Assembly (NCBI GenBank): GCA_964016885.1
Contig: OZ024744.1
Coordinates: forward strand, 123,566,001 to 123,630,000
DNA: 64,000 nt
Source: Eledone cirrhosa
Taxonomy: Eukaryota
Direction of reading: 5' to 3'
Below, in pieces: positions 38,401 to 53,900 of this stretch. Each line of letters begins with the position of its first letter. Position 1 is the first letter of the stretch. The notes beneath the pieces were generated by a model. The model was not told where the DNA came from. It searched no databases and saw only the letters and a list, made by a program, of their open reading frames with translations. Position numbers and translations under genes: made by a program.

Positions 38401-39124
38401 ACAAAAAAGAAAAACAAACACAGACATTTACATATATGTGTTCAAATCATAATGTACCAGAATCGCTAAGGTGAAAAAAATACTAACTACAGACAATATG
38501 GTTTGCCAGACTCAATTTAAGAATAAATCAAGAAAAATAAATACAAACCATAATTGTGGTAACAACCGAACACCCGGACAGTTTTGATAAAAACTGTTTC
38601 ACAATATTATTTGTGAAAAGGATTACCAAAGTCCTAAGCTCATAGGCGGGTGAAGAAATTAGTAACCTTATCACTTCTAAATCTAATTAGAAACTGGATA
38701 ATGTGTGTATATGTGACGCACATTGTTCCCAAACTTAGCGTGTCTTGCACACTCTTGCCACTAAAAATAGCAGCCGAGTTGACTCGGCAATTGAATTAGC
38801 TCGACGAATTAACGGAGCCGAATATATCAAGGCATGTATTGAGTTAGAAACTCAAAATAGTCTCATTACAGTAAATTAGCTCTAAGAAAAAAGCTTTTCT
38901 GAGCCATATATTATAACTGAATAAAAAAGAAAAACGAACACAGACATTTACACATATGTGTTCAAACAGCTCATCATCATTTAATGTTCACTTTCCCTGT
39001 TAGCAAGGGTTTGACAGATCTACATAGACCAAGTCAGTACTGAAGCAGGGCTACTAATCTCCCCGACAGGCTGAGGAGTCAGTTATCCTTAGCATACTTT
39101 ACAGGAATTCCTATACAGAATAAT

Positions 39125-39312
39125 TATTTCTACTTTTAGCATAAGGCCAGCAATTATCCTAGTGCATTACTGGTACTTTATTTATCGACCCCGTAAGGAT
39201 GAAAGGCAAAGTTAAGCTCGGCGGGATTTGAACTCAGATCATAAAAGGCCGTAACTCTATGCTACAAAGCATGACGTCAGACCCTCTACTGATGCTGCCA
39301 ATCCACCGCCCT
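39125..39312 (-). mobile_element. tRNA-derived SINE
   Basis: Reverse complement of the SINE consensus, like 4711-4899. Confidence 0.88.
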
Positions 39313-39861
39313 GAGAATAATGTCTCTTTGAAAGAAGTGTCCCCGTCTCAGTTGTTCTCTTACTCTATCTCTCTCTGAATCCAACTCTCACTCTCTCTCT
39401 CTATATATATACACTTCTTACTCTCTCTTTGTTCTCTCTATTCCTCTCTCCTATCTCTCTCTCTTTCTCTCTCATTAAATTTGTTGGTAATCAATAAAAT
39501 GTCAGTTTGTCAACAGTTCATAATCTGTTGTCTTACTTTTCTATTGATAAGTACCATGGTTAAGTACATTGTTCTAATCTTCTAATGGAGCATTGTATAA
39601 GGAACACAAATGCTCAGTTAACTTTACTGTGCTGTATTCAAGCATCTAGGTCCCTGGATAATCAAACAGTAAATTACTTAAGTGTAGTAATCACAGTCAA
39701 CCAATATCTCAGTACATCAACCTCTCGTATCTGGACAAATAAGTTCTCTCTCTCTCTCCCTCTACAATAACTAAATATTCTCTCTCTCACTCGCTCTCTC
39801 TCTTGAATAACTAAATATACTCTCTCCATCTCCCCCTCTCCTCCTAAGTAGAGCCACGACT

Positions 39862-40856
39862 TACTACAGACATGTGGTTAGAATATCTCAGGAAAGAATC
39901 TCTAAATTGAGAGATCACAGCTCTGATACTATGACATGTGGTTAGAATGTCTCAGGAAAGAATCTCTGAATTGAGAGATCACAGCTCTGATACTATGACA
40001 TGTGGTTAGAATGTCTCAGGAAAGAATCTCTGAATTGAGAGATCACAGCTCTGATACTATGACATGTGGTTAGAATATCTCAGGAAAGAATCTCTGAATT
40101 GAGAGATCACAGCACTGATACTATGACATGTGGTTAGAATGTCTCAGGAAAGAATCTCTGAATTGAGAGATCACAGCACTGATACTATGACATGTGGTTA
40201 GAATGTCTCAGGAAAGAATCTCTGAATTGAGAGATCACAGCTCTGATACTATGACATGTGGTTAGAATGTCTCAGGAAAGAATCTCTGAATTGGGAGATC
40301 ACAGCTCTGATACTATGACATGTGGTTAGAATGTCTCAGGAAAGAATCTCTGAATTGAGAGATCACAGCACTGATACTATGACATGTGGTTAGAATGTCT
40401 CAGGAAAGAATCTCTGAATTGAGAGATCACAGCTCTGATACTATGACATGTGGTTAGAATGTCTCAGGAAAGAATCTCTGAATTGAGAGATCACAGCTCT
40501 GATACTATGACATGTGGTTAGAATGTCTCAGGAAAGAATCTCTGAATTGGGAGATCACAGCTCTGATACTATGACATGTAGTTAGAATGTCTCAGGAAAG
40601 AATCTCTGAATTGAGAGATCACAGCTCTGATACTATGACATGTGGTTAGAATGTCTCAGGAAAGAATCTCTGAATTGAGAGATCACAGCTCTGATACTAT
40701 GACATGTGGTTAGAATGTCTCAGGAAAGAATCTCTGAATTGAGAGATCACAGCTCTGATACTATGACATGTGGTTAGAATGTCTCAGGAAAGAATCTCTG
40801 AATTGGGAGATCACAGCACTGATACTATGACATGTGGTTAGAATGTCTCAGGAAAG
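39862..40856 (+). repeat. 64-bp tandem array, ~15 copies, same unit as 12687-14640
   Basis: Direct repeat inspection. Confidence 0.95.
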
Positions 40857-41030
40857 ACCCAGGTGTAGACTCTGATCCAGATAACATCCATGAACTTGGC
40901 TGGTTCACTTGGGGATCCAGCTGGATCAGTTGGAGACGGTTGCTTCTGACAGGACCTGCTGGAAGGAGTGTTTGAGGACTCTGCTTCCAACAACTCTCTC
41001 AGGAATAAGTGGGCGTCGATGAAGAAGATA
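40851..41030 (+). mobile_element. Rex3/Expander-like RTE 3' end
   Basis: GRPR..DNIHELGW..GIQLDQLETVASDRTCWKECLRTLLP..SG, then aagtgggcgtcgatgaagaaga tail. Confidence 0.72.
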
Positions 41031-41200
41031 TATTTCTCATATACAGATGCCTGCCAATTCATGGATGTCTTAATTGAAAGGATTCCATGACATAAATGAA
41101 GTCATATTGAATACCACAAATATAGTAGACCAAAATTCCAGAATATAACAAGTTTTCTCTCTTTGATTAATTTAGTTTTTATTATTAATGTCTTTTACAG

Positions 41201-41296
41201 TTTGCCAGTTCAAAGTCGACTGCTCTTGAATTACTCCTGGAAATATCTCAACATGTCACAGCAGAAATAATTCTTGACCGACTGCTTCCTTTAATG
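41201..41296 (+). CDS. PIK3R4: PIK3R4/VPS15 exon (HEAT region); next intron runs past window end
   Basis: FASSKSTALELLLEISQHVTAEIILDRLLPLM ~ human [32 protein letters not shown]; tttacag/GTAAGA. Confidence 0.93.
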
Positions 41297-41716
41297 GTAA
41301 GAAGAATCTTTCTGTTTTTAATCAATATTTCTCTCTATAACTTTCTCAACTGTTTAAATATTCTGAGTAATAAACCAATGAAAGTATAATAGCAGAGTCA
41401 ACAGGAGAGGTTCCAGTTCTTCCCCTGGTGTCAATAGTTTCTCCCTTTCACAGCAGTCAACAGGAGGTGTTCCAGCTCTTCCCGCAGGGTCAACAGTTTC
41501 TCCCTTTCAACTCAACTCGATACTTCAATGTTGTTTATATACTTTATTGAACATTTTATTTACTTATGAACAGTGATAGTTTGTATAATGACTGTGTTAT
41601 GGCTGTATTCTTGAATATGAGCAGAGGAATCAACACCACCACCACCAACACCACCTTCACCATCACCACCACCACCATCATCATCACCCCCCCCCATCAT
41701 CACGACCCCCCCCCCC

Positions 41717-41975
41717 ACACACCATCCTCATTTAGATGTCCGTCTTTTTCCATGCTTGTATGGGTTGGACATGTCTTTCTCTGCACAGCATCTCGTCTGC
41801 CAGTCTCAGCAATTTGAGATCAGCTTTCACAACCTCTGCTCAGAACTTCTTGGTCTACCTCTACTGTAGCTACCTTCCACTGGGTACTCCTGACACTTCT
41901 TCACCCGACAATCATCATCCATACACATCCCATGTCTATACCAGAACAGTCTTCTCTCTTGCACACTACGTCTGA
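41717..41975 (-). mobile_element. RTE LINE 3' end anchoring the large satellite
   Basis: RRSVQERRLFWYRHGMCMDDDCRVKKCQEYPVEGSYSRGRPR; 3' tail gaaaaagacggacatctaaatgaggatg. Confidence 0.85.
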
Positions 41976-44900
41976 TTCCTCTTATACCTAGTTTCTCTCT
42001 CAGTTCATCCATACACATCACATGTCTATACAAACACAGTCTCCTCCCCTACAAACTACATCTGATTCCTCTTATACCTAGTTTCTCTCTCAGTTCATCC
42101 ATACACATCCCATGTCTACACAAACACAGTCTTCTCTCCTACACACTACATCTGATTCCTCTTATACCTAGTTTCTCTCTCAGTTCATCCATACGCATTC
42201 CATGTCTATACTAACACAGTCTCCTCTCCTACATCTGATTCCTCTTATACCTTGTTTCTCGCTCAGTTCATCCATACACATCCCATGTCTATACTAACAG
42301 TCTCCTCTCCTACATCTGATTCCTCTTAAACCTAGTTTCTCTCTCAGTTCATCTATACACATCCCATGTCTATACCCACACAATCACCTCTCCTACATCT
42401 GATTCCTCTTAAACCTAGTTTCTCTCTCAGTTCATCCATACACATCACATGCCTATACCAACACAGTCTCCTCTCCTACATCTGATTCCTCTTAAACCTA
42501 GTTTCTTTCTCAGTTCATCCATACACATCACATTTCTATACCAACACAGTCTCCTCTCCTACACACTACACCTGATTCCTGTTATACCTACTTCCTCTCT
42601 AACTTCATCCATACACATCACATGTCTATTTCAACTCAGTGTTCTTACTACATCTGATTCCTCTTATACCTAATTTCTCTCTCAGTTCATCCATACACAT
42701 CCCATGTCTATACCAACACAGTCTCCTCTCCTACACACTACATCTGATTCCTCTTATACCTAGTTTTTCTCTCAGTTCAGCACATGTCTATACAAACACA
42801 GTCTCCTCTCCTACATCTGATTCCTCTTATACCTAGTTTCTCTCCCAGTTCATCCATACACATCACATGCCTATACCAACACAGTCTCCTCTCCTACACA
42901 CTACATCTGATTCCTCTTATACCTAGTTTCTCTCTCAGTTCATCACATGTCTATACCAACACAGTCTCCTCTCCTACACGCTACATCTGATTCCTCTTAT
43001 ACCTAGTTTCTCTCTCAGTTCATCCATACACATCACATGTCTATACCAACACAGTCTCCTCTCCTACATCTGATTCTGCTTATACCTAGTTTCTCTCTCA
43101 GTTCATCCATACACATCACATGTCTATACAAACAGTCTCCTCTCCTACACACTACATCTGATTCCGCTTATACCTAGTTTCTCTCTCAGTTTATCCATAC
43201 ACATCACATGCCTATACCAACACAGTCTCCTCTCCTACACACTACACCTGATTCCTGTTATACCTACTTCCTCTCTCACTCCATCCATACACATCCCATG
43301 TCTATACAAACACAGTCTTCTCTCCTACATCTGATTCCTCTTAAACCTAGTTTCTCTCTCAGTTCATGTAAAAAAAACATCCCATGTCTATACAAACAGT
43401 CTCCTATCCTACACACTACGTCTGATTCCTCTTATACCTAGTTTCTCTCTCAGTTCATCCATACACATCACATGTCTATACCAACACAGTCTCCTCTCCT
43501 ACACACTACATCTGATTCCTCTTATACCTAGATTCTCTCTCAGTTCATCCATACACATCACATGTCTATACCAACACAGTCTCCTCTCCTACATCTGATT
43601 CCTCTTATACCTAGTTTCTCTCTCAGTTCATCCATACACATCCCATGTCTATACTAACAGTCTCCTCTCCTACATCTGATTCCTCTTATAACTAGTTTGT
43701 CTCTCAGTTCATCCATACACATTCCATGTCTCTACTAACACAGTCTCCTCTCCTACATCTGATTCCTCTTAAACCTAGTTTCTCTCTCAGTTCATCCATA
43801 CACATCCCATGTCTATACCAACACAGTCTCCTCTCCTACATCTGATTCCTCTTATACCTAGTTTCTCTCCCAGTTCATCCATACACATCACATGTCTATA
43901 CAAACAGTCTCCTCTCCTACACACTACATCTGATTCTTCTTATACCTAGTTTCTCTCTCACTTCATCCATACACATCACATGTCTATACCAACACAGTCT
44001 CCTCTCCTACACACTACATCTGATTCTTCTTATACCTAGTTTCTCTCTCACTTCATCCATACACATCCCATGTCTATACCAACACAGTCTCCTCTCCTAC
44101 ACACTACATCTGATTCCTGTCATACATAGTTTCTTTCTTAGTTCATCCATACACATCCCCTGTCTATACCAACACAGTCTCCTCTCCTACATCTGATTCC
44201 TTTTATACCTAGTTTCTCTCTCAGTTCATCCATACACATCCTATGTCTATACTAACAGTTTCCTCTCCTACACACTACATCTGATTCCTCTTATACCTAG
44301 TTTCTCTCTCAGTTCATCCATACACATCACATGTCTATACCAACACAGTCTCCTCTCCTACACACTACATCTGATTCCTGTTATACATAGTTTCTTTCTT
44401 AGTTCATCCATACACATCCCCTGTCTATACCAACACAGTCTCCTCTCCTACATCTGATTCCTCTTATACCTAGTTTCTCTCTCAGTTCATCCATACACAT
44501 TCCATGTCTCTACTAACACAGTCTCCTCTCCTACATCTGATTCCTCTTATACCTAGTTTCTCTCTCAGTTCATCCATACACATCCCATGTCTATACCAAC
44601 ACAGTCTCCTCTCCTACACAATACATCTGATTCCTGTCATACATAGTTTCTTTCATAGTTCATCCATACACATCCCCAGTCTATACCAACACAGTCTCCT
44701 CTCCTACATCTGATTCCTCTTATACTTAGTTTCTCTCTCAGTTCATCCATACACATCCTATGTCTATACTAACAGTCTCCTCTCCTACACACTACATCTG
44801 ATTCCTCTTCTACCTAGTTTCTCTCTCACTTCATCCATACACATCCTATGTCTATACTAACAGTCTCCTCTCCTACACACTACATCTGATTCCTCTTATA

Positions 44901-47900
44901 CCTAGTTTCTCTCTCAGTTCATCCATACACATCACATGTCTATACCAACACAGTCTCCTCTCCTACACACTACATCTGATTCCTCTTATACCCAGTTTCT
45001 CTCTCAGTTCAGCATTACACATCACATGTCTATACCAACACAGTCTCCTCTCCTACACACTACATCTGATTCCTCTTATACCTTTTTATCTCTGTTCATC
45101 ACATGTCTATACCAGCACAGTCTCCTCTCCTACACACTACATCTGATTCCTCTTATACCTTGTTTATCTCTCAGTTCATCCATACACATCACATGTCTAT
45201 ACCCACACAGTCTCCTCTCCTACACACTACATCTGATTCCTCTTATACCTAGTTTTTCTCTCAGTTCATCACATGTCTATACCAACACAGTCTCCTCTCC
45301 TACACACTACATCTGATTCCTCTTATACCTAGTTTCTCTCTCAGTTCATCCATACACATCACATGTCTATACCAACACAGTCTCCTCTCCTACACACTAC
45401 ATCTGATTCCTGTTATACATAGTTTCTTTCTTAGTTCATCCATACACATCGCATGTCTAAACCAACACAGTCTGCTCTCCTACATCTGATTCCTCTTTTA
45501 CCTAGTTTCTCTCTCAGTTCATCCATACACATCCCATGTCTATACTAACAGTCTCCTCTCCTACATCTGATTCCTCTTATACCTAGTTTCTCTTTCAGTT
45601 CATCCATACACATCCCATGTCTATACTAACACAGTCCCCTCTCCTACATCTGATTCCTCTTATACCTAGTTTCTCTCTCAGTTCATCCATACACATCCCA
45701 TGTCTATACAAACACAGTCTCCTCCCCTACAAACTACATCTGATTCTTCTTATACCTAGTTTCTCTCTCAGTTCATCCATACACATCCCGTGTCTATACA
45801 AACACAGTCTTCTCTCCTACACACTACATCTGATTTCTCTTATACTAGTTTCACTCTTAGTGCATCCATACATATCACATGTCTATACCAACACAGTCTC
45901 CTCTCCTACACACTACATCTGATTCCTCTTATACCTAGTTTCTCTCTCAGTTCATCCATACACATCACATGTCTATACCAACACAGTCTCCTCTCCTACA
46001 CACTACATCTGATTCCTGTTAAACCTAGTTTCTCTCTCAGTTCATCTATACACATCCCATGTCTATACCCACACAATCACCTCTCCTACATCTGATTCCT
46101 CTTATAACTAGTTTCTCTCTCAGTTCATCCATACACATCACATGTCTATACCAACAGTCTCCTCTCCTACACACTACATCTGATTCCTCTCATACCTAGT
46201 TTCTCTCTCAGTTCATCCATACACATCCCCTGTCTATACCAACACAGTCTCCTCTCCTACATCTGATTCCTCTTATACCTAGTTTCTCTCTCAGTTCATC
46301 CATACACATCCCATGTCTACACTAACAGTCTCCTCTCCTACATCTGATTCCTCTTATAACTAGTTTGTCTCTCAGTTCATCCATACACATTCCATGTCTC
46401 TACTAACACAGTCTCCTCTCCTACATCTGATTCCTCTTAAACCTAGTTTCTCTCTCAGTTCATCTATACACATCCCATGTCTATACCAACACAGTCTCCT
46501 CTCCTACATCTGATTCCTCTTATACCTAGTTTCTCTCCCAGTTCATCCATACACATCACATGTCTATACAAACACAGTCTCCTCCCCTACAAACTACATC
46601 TGATTCTTCTTATACCTAGTTTCTCTCTCAGTTCATCCATACACATCCCGTGTCTATACAAACACAGTCTTCTCTCCTACACACTACATCTGATTCCTCT
46701 TATACCTAGTTTCACTCTTAGTGCATCCATACATATCACATGTCTATACCAACACAGTCTCCTCTCCTACACACTACATCTGATTCCTGTTATACATAGT
46801 TTCTTTCTTAGTTCATCCATACACATCCCATGTCTATACCAACACAGTCTCCTCTCCTACACTCCACATCTGATTCCTCTTATACCTAGTTTCTCTCTCA
46901 GTTCATATATACACATCCCATGTCTATACCAACACAGTCTCCTCTCCTATATCTGATTCCTCTTATACCTAGTTTCTCTCCCAGTTCATTCATACACATC
47001 ACATGTTTATACCAGCATTACACATCACATGTCTATATCAACACAGTCTCCTCTCCTACACACTACACCTGATTCCTCTTATACCTAGTTTCTCTCTCAG
47101 TTCATCATTACCAACACAGTCTCCTCTCCTACACACTACATCTCATTCCTCTTATACCTTGTTTATCTCTGTTCATCACATGTCTATACCAGCACAATCT
47201 CCTCTCCTACACACTACATCTGATTCCTCTTATATCTAGTTTCTCTCTCAGTTCATCATTACCAACATAGTCTCCTCTCCTACACACTACATCTGATTCC
47301 TCTTATACCTAGTTTCTCTCTCAGTTCATCATTACACATCACATGTCTCTACCAACACAGTCTCTTCTCCTACACACTACATCTGATTCCTCTTATACCT
47401 TGTTTATCTCTGTTCATCACATATCTATACCAGCACAGTCTCCTCTCCTACACACTACATCTGATTCCACTTATACCTTGTTTATCTCTCAGTTCATCCA
47501 TACACATCACATGTCTATACCCACACAGTCTCCTCTCCTACACACTACATCTGATTCCTCTTATACCTAGTTTTTCTCTCAGTTCATCACATGTCTATGC
47601 CAACACAGTCTCCTCTCCTACACACTACATCTGATTCCTGTTATACATTGTTTCTTTCTTAGTTCATCCATACACATCACATGTCTATATCAACACAGTC
47701 TCCTCTCCTACACACTACATCTGATTCCTCTTATACCGAGTTTCTCTCTCAGTTCATCCATACACATCACATGTCTAAACCAACACAGTCTCCTCTGCTA
47801 CATCTGATTCCTCTTATACCTAGTTTCTCTCTCAGTTCATCCATACACATCACATGTCTAAACCAACACAATCACCTCTCCTACATCTGATTCCTCTTAT

Positions 47901-50900
47901 ACCTAGTTTCTCTCTCAGTTCATCCATACACATCCCATGTCTATAGAAACACAGTCTTCTCTCCTACGCACTACATCTGATTCCTCTTATACCTAGTTTC
48001 ACTCTCAGTTCATCCATACACATCCCGTGTCTATACAAACACAGTCTTCTCTCCTACACACTACATCTGATTCCTCTTATACCTAGTTTCACTCTTAGTG
48101 CATCCATACACATCACATGTCTATACCAACACAGTCTCCTCTGCTACACACTACATCTGATTCCTGTTATACATAGTTTCTTTCTTAGTTCATCCATACA
48201 CATCCCATGTCTATACAAACACAGTCTCCTCCCCTACAAACTACGTCTGATTCCTCTTATACCTAGTTTCTCTCTCAGTTCATCCATACACATCCCATGT
48301 CTATACAAACACGGTCTCCTCTCCTACACACTACATCTGATTCCTGTAATACATAGTTTCTTTCTTAGTTCATCCATACACATCCCCTGTCTATACCAAC
48401 GCAGTGTCCTCTCCTACATCTGATTCCTCTTATACCTAGTTTCTCTCTCAGTTCATCCATACACATCCTATGTCTATACTAATAGTCTCCTCTCCTACAC
48501 ACTACATCTGATTCCTCTTATACCTAGTTTCTCTCTCAGTTCATCATTACACATCACATGTCTATACCAACACAGTCTCCTCTCCTACACACTACATCTG
48601 ATTCCTCTTATACCTTGTTCATCTCTGTTCATCACATGTCTATACTAACACAGTCACCTCTCCTACACACTACATCTGATTCCTCTTATACCTAGTTTCT
48701 CTCTCAGTTCATCCATACACATCACATGTCTATACCAACACAGTCTCCTCTCCTACACACTACATCTGATTCCTGTTAAACCTAGTTTCTCTCACAGTTC
48801 ATCTATACACATCCCCTGTCTATACCCACACAATCACCTGTCCTACATCTGATTCCTTTTATAACTAGTTTCTCTCTCAGTTCATCCATACACATCACAT
48901 GTCTATACCAACACAGTCTCCTCTCCTACATCTGATTCCTCTTATACCTAGTTTCTCTCTCAGTTCATCCATACACATCCCATGTCTATACTAACAGTCT
49001 CCTCTCCTACATCTGATTCCTCTTATACCTAGTTTCTTTCTCAGTTCATCCATACACATTCCATGTCTATACCAACACAGTCACCTCTCCTACATCTGAT
49101 TCCTCTTATACCTAGTTTCTCTCCCAGTTCATCCATACACATCACATTTCTATACAAACAGTCTCCTCTCCTACACACTACATCTGATTCTTCTTATAAC
49201 TAGTTTCTCTCTCAGTTCATCCATACACATCACATGTCTATACCAACACAGTCTCCTCTCCTACATCTGATTCCTCTTATACCTAGTTTCTCTCTCAGTT
49301 CATCCATACACATCCCATGTCTATACTAACAGTCTCCTCTCCTACATCTGATTCCTCTTATACCTAGTTTCTTTCTCAGTTCATCCATACACATTCCATG
49401 TCTCTACCAACACAGTCTCCTCTCCTACATCTGATTCCTCTTAAACCTAGTTTCTCTCTCAGTTCATCCATACACATCACATGTCGATACAAACACAGTC
49501 TCCTCTCCTACGTCTGATTCCTCTTAAACCTAGTTTCTCTCTCAGTTCATCTATACACATCCCATGTCTATACCAACACAGTCACCTCTCCTACATCTGA
49601 TTCCTCTTATACCTAGTTTCTCTCCCAGTTCATCCATACACATCACATTTCTATACAAACAGTCTCCTCTCCTACACACTACATCTGATTCTTCTTATAC
49701 CTAGTTTCTCTCTCAGTTCATCCATACACATCACATGTCTATACAAACAGTCTCCTGTCCTACACTCTACATCTGATTCTTCTTATACCTAGTTTCCCTA
49801 TCACTTCATCCATACACATCCCATGTCTATACCAACACAGTCTCCTCTCCTACACACTACATCTGATTCCTCTTATACCTAGTTTCTCTCTCAGTTCATC
49901 ACATGTCTATACTAACACAGTCACCTCTCCTACACACTACATCTGATTCCTCTTATACCTAGTTTCTCTCTCAGTTCATCATTACACATCACATGTCTAT
50001 ACCAACACAGTCTCCTCTCCTACATACTACATCTGATTCCTGTTAAACCTAGTTTCTCTCTCAGTTCATCTATACACATCCCATGTCTATACCCAAACAA
50101 TCACCTCTCCTACATCTGATCCCTCTTATAACTAGTTTCTCTCTCAGTTCATCCATACACATCACATGTCTATACCAACACAGTCTCCTCTCCTACACAC
50201 TACATCTGATTCCTCTTATACCTAGTTTCTCTCTCAGTTCATCCATACACATCACATGTCTATACCAACACAGTCTCCTCTCCTACATCTGATTCCTCTT
50301 ATACCTAGTTTCTCTCTCAGTTCATCCATACACATCCCATGTCTATACTAACAGTCTCCTCTCCTACATCTGATTCCTCTTATACCTAGTTTCTCTCTCA
50401 GTTCATCCATACACATCCCATGTCTATACTAACACAGTCTCCTCTCCTACATCTGATTCCTCTTATACTTAGTTTCTTTCTCAGTTCATCTATACACATC
50501 CCATGTCTATACTAACACAGTCTCCTCTCCTACATCTGATTCCTCTTATACCTAGTTTCTCTCTCAGTTCATCCATACACATCCCATGTCTATACTAACA
50601 GTCTCCTCTCCTACATCTGATTCCTCTTATACCTAGTTTCTCTCTCAGTTCATCCATACACATCCCATGTCTATACTAACACGGTCTCCTCTCCTACATC
50701 TGATTCCTCTTATACCTAGTTTCTCTCTCAGTTCATCCATACACATCCCATGTCTATACTAACACAGTCTCCTCTCCGACATCTGATTCCTCTTATACCT
50801 AGTTTCTTTCTCAGTTCATCCATACACATTCCATGTCTCTACTAACACAGTCTCCTCTCCGACATCTGATTCCTCTTATACCTAGTTTCTCTCTCACTTC

Positions 50901-53900
50901 ATCCATACACATCCCATGTCTATACAAACACAGTCTTCTCTCCTACACACTACATCTGATTCCTCTCATACCTAGTTTCTCTCTCAGTTCATCCATACAC
51001 ATCACATGTCTATACCAACACAGTCTCCTCTCCTACATCTGATTCCTCTTAAACCTAGTTTCTCTCTCAGTTCATCCATACACATCACATGTCGATACAA
51101 ACACAGTCTCCTCTCCTACGTCTGATTCCTCTTAAACCTAGTTTCTCTCTCAGTTCATCTATACACATCCCATGTCTATACCAACACAGTCACCTCTCCT
51201 ACATCTGATTCCTCTTATACCTAGTTTCTCTCCCAGTTCATCCATACACATCACATTTCTATACAAACAGTCTCCTCTCCTACACACTACATCTGATTCT
51301 TCTTATACCTAGTTTCTCTCTCAGTTCATCCATACACATCACATGTCTATACAAACAGTCTCCTGTCCTACACTCTACATCTGATTCTTCTTATACCTAG
51401 TTTCCCTCTCACTTCATCCATACACATCCCATGTCTATACCAACACAGTCTCCTCTCCTACACACTACATCTGATTCCTCTTATACCTAGTTTCTCTCTC
51501 AGTTCATCACATGTCTATCCTAACACAGTCACCTCTCCTACACACTACATCTGATTCCTCTTATACCTAGTTTCTCTCTCAGTTCATCATTACACATCAC
51601 ATGTCTATACCAACACAGTCTCCTCTCCTACATACTACATCTGATTCCTGTTAAACCTAGTTTCTCTCTCAGTTCATCTATACACATCCCATGTCTATAC
51701 CCAAACAATCACCTCTCCTACATCTGATCCCTCTTATAACTAGTTTCTCTCTCAGTTCATCCATACACATCACATGTCTATACCAACACAGTCTCCTCTC
51801 CTACACACTACATCTGATTCCTCTTATACCTAGTTTCTCTCTCAGTTCATCCATACACATCACATGTCTATACCAACACAGTCTCCTCTCCTACATCTGA
51901 TTCCTCTTATACCTAGTTTCTCTCTCAGTTCATCCATACACATCCCATGTCTATACTAACAGTCTCCTCTCCTACATCTGATTCCTCTTATACCTAGTTT
52001 CTCTCTCAGTTCATCCATACACATCCCATGTCTATACTAACACAGTCTCCTCTCCTACATCTGATTCCTCTTATACCTAGTTTCTTTCTCAGTTCATCTA
52101 TACACATCCCATGTCTATACTAACACAGTCTCCTCTCCTACATCTGATTCCTCTTATACCTAGTTTCTCTCTCAGTTCATCCATACACATCCCATGTCTA
52201 TACTAACAGTCTCCTCTCCTACATCTGATTCCTCTTATACCTAGTTTCTCTCTCAGTTCATCCATACACATCCCATGTCTATACTAACAGGGTCTCCTCT
52301 CCTACATCTGATTCCTCTTATACCTAGTTTCTCTCTCAGTTCATCCATACACATCCCATGTCTATACTAACACAGTCTCCTCTCCGACATCTGATTCCTC
52401 TTATACCTAGTTTCTTTCTCAGTTCATCCATACACATTCCATGTCTCTACTAACACAGTCTCCTCTCCGACATCTGATTCCTCTTATACCTAGTTTCTCT
52501 CTCACTTCATCCATACACATCCCATGTCTATACAAACACAGTCTTCTCTCCTACACACTACATCTGATTCCTCTTATACCTAGTTTCTCTCTCAGTTCAT
52601 CATTACACATCACATGTCTATACCAACACAGTCTCCTCTCCTACACACTACATCTGATTCCTCTCATACCTAGGTTCTCTCTCAGTTCATCCATACACAT
52701 CACATGTCTATACCAACACAGTCTCCTCTCCTACACACTACATCTGATTCCTGTTAAACCTAGTTTCTCTCTCAGTTCATCTATACACATCCCATGTCTA
52801 TACCCAAACAATCACCTCTCCTACATCTGATCCCTCTTATACCTAGTTCCTCTGTCAGTTCATCCATACACATCACATGTCTATACCAACACAGTCTCCT
52901 CTCCTACATCTGATTCCTCTTATACCTAGTTTCTCTCTCAGTTCATCCATACACATCACATGTCTATACCAACACAGTCTCCTCTCCTACACACTACATC
53001 TGATTCCTGTTATACATAGTTTCTCTCTCAGTTCATCCATACACATCACATGTCTATACCAACACAGTCTCCTCTCCTACATCTGATTCCTCTTATACCT
53101 AGTTTCTCTCTCAGTTCATCCATACACATCACATGTCTATACCAACACAGTCTCCTATCCTACACACTACATCTGATTCCTCTTTTACCTTGTATATCTC
53201 TCAGTTCATCCATACACATCCCCTGTCTATACCCACACAGTTACCTCTCCTACACACTACATCTGATTCCTGTTAAACCTAGTTTCTCTCTCAGTTCATC
53301 TATACACATCCCCTGTCTATACCCACACAATCACCTCTCCTACATCTGATTCCTTTTATAACTAGTTTCTCTCTCAGTTCATCCATACACATCACATGTC
53401 TATACCAACACAGTCTCCTCTCCTACATCTGATTCCTCTTATACCTAGTTTCTCTCTCAGTTCATCCATACACATCCCATGTCTATACTAACAGTCTCCT
53501 CTCCTACATCTGATTCCTCTTATACCTAGTTTCTTTCTCAGTTCATCCATACACATTCCATGTCTCTACCAACACAGTCTCCTCTCCTACATCTGATTCC
53601 TCTTAAACCTAGTTTCTCTCTCAGTTCATCCATACACATCACATGTCGATACAAACACAGTCTCCTCTCCTACGTCTGATTCCTCTTAAACCTAGTTTCT
53701 CTCTCAGTTCATCTATACACATCCCATGTCTATACCAACACAGTCACCTCTCCTACATCTGATTCCTCTTATACCTAGTTTCTCTCCCAGTTCATCCATA
53801 CACATCACATTTCTATACAAACAGTCTCCTCTCCTACACACTACATCTGATTCTTCTTATACCTAGTTTCTCTCTCAGTTCATCCATACACATCACATGT

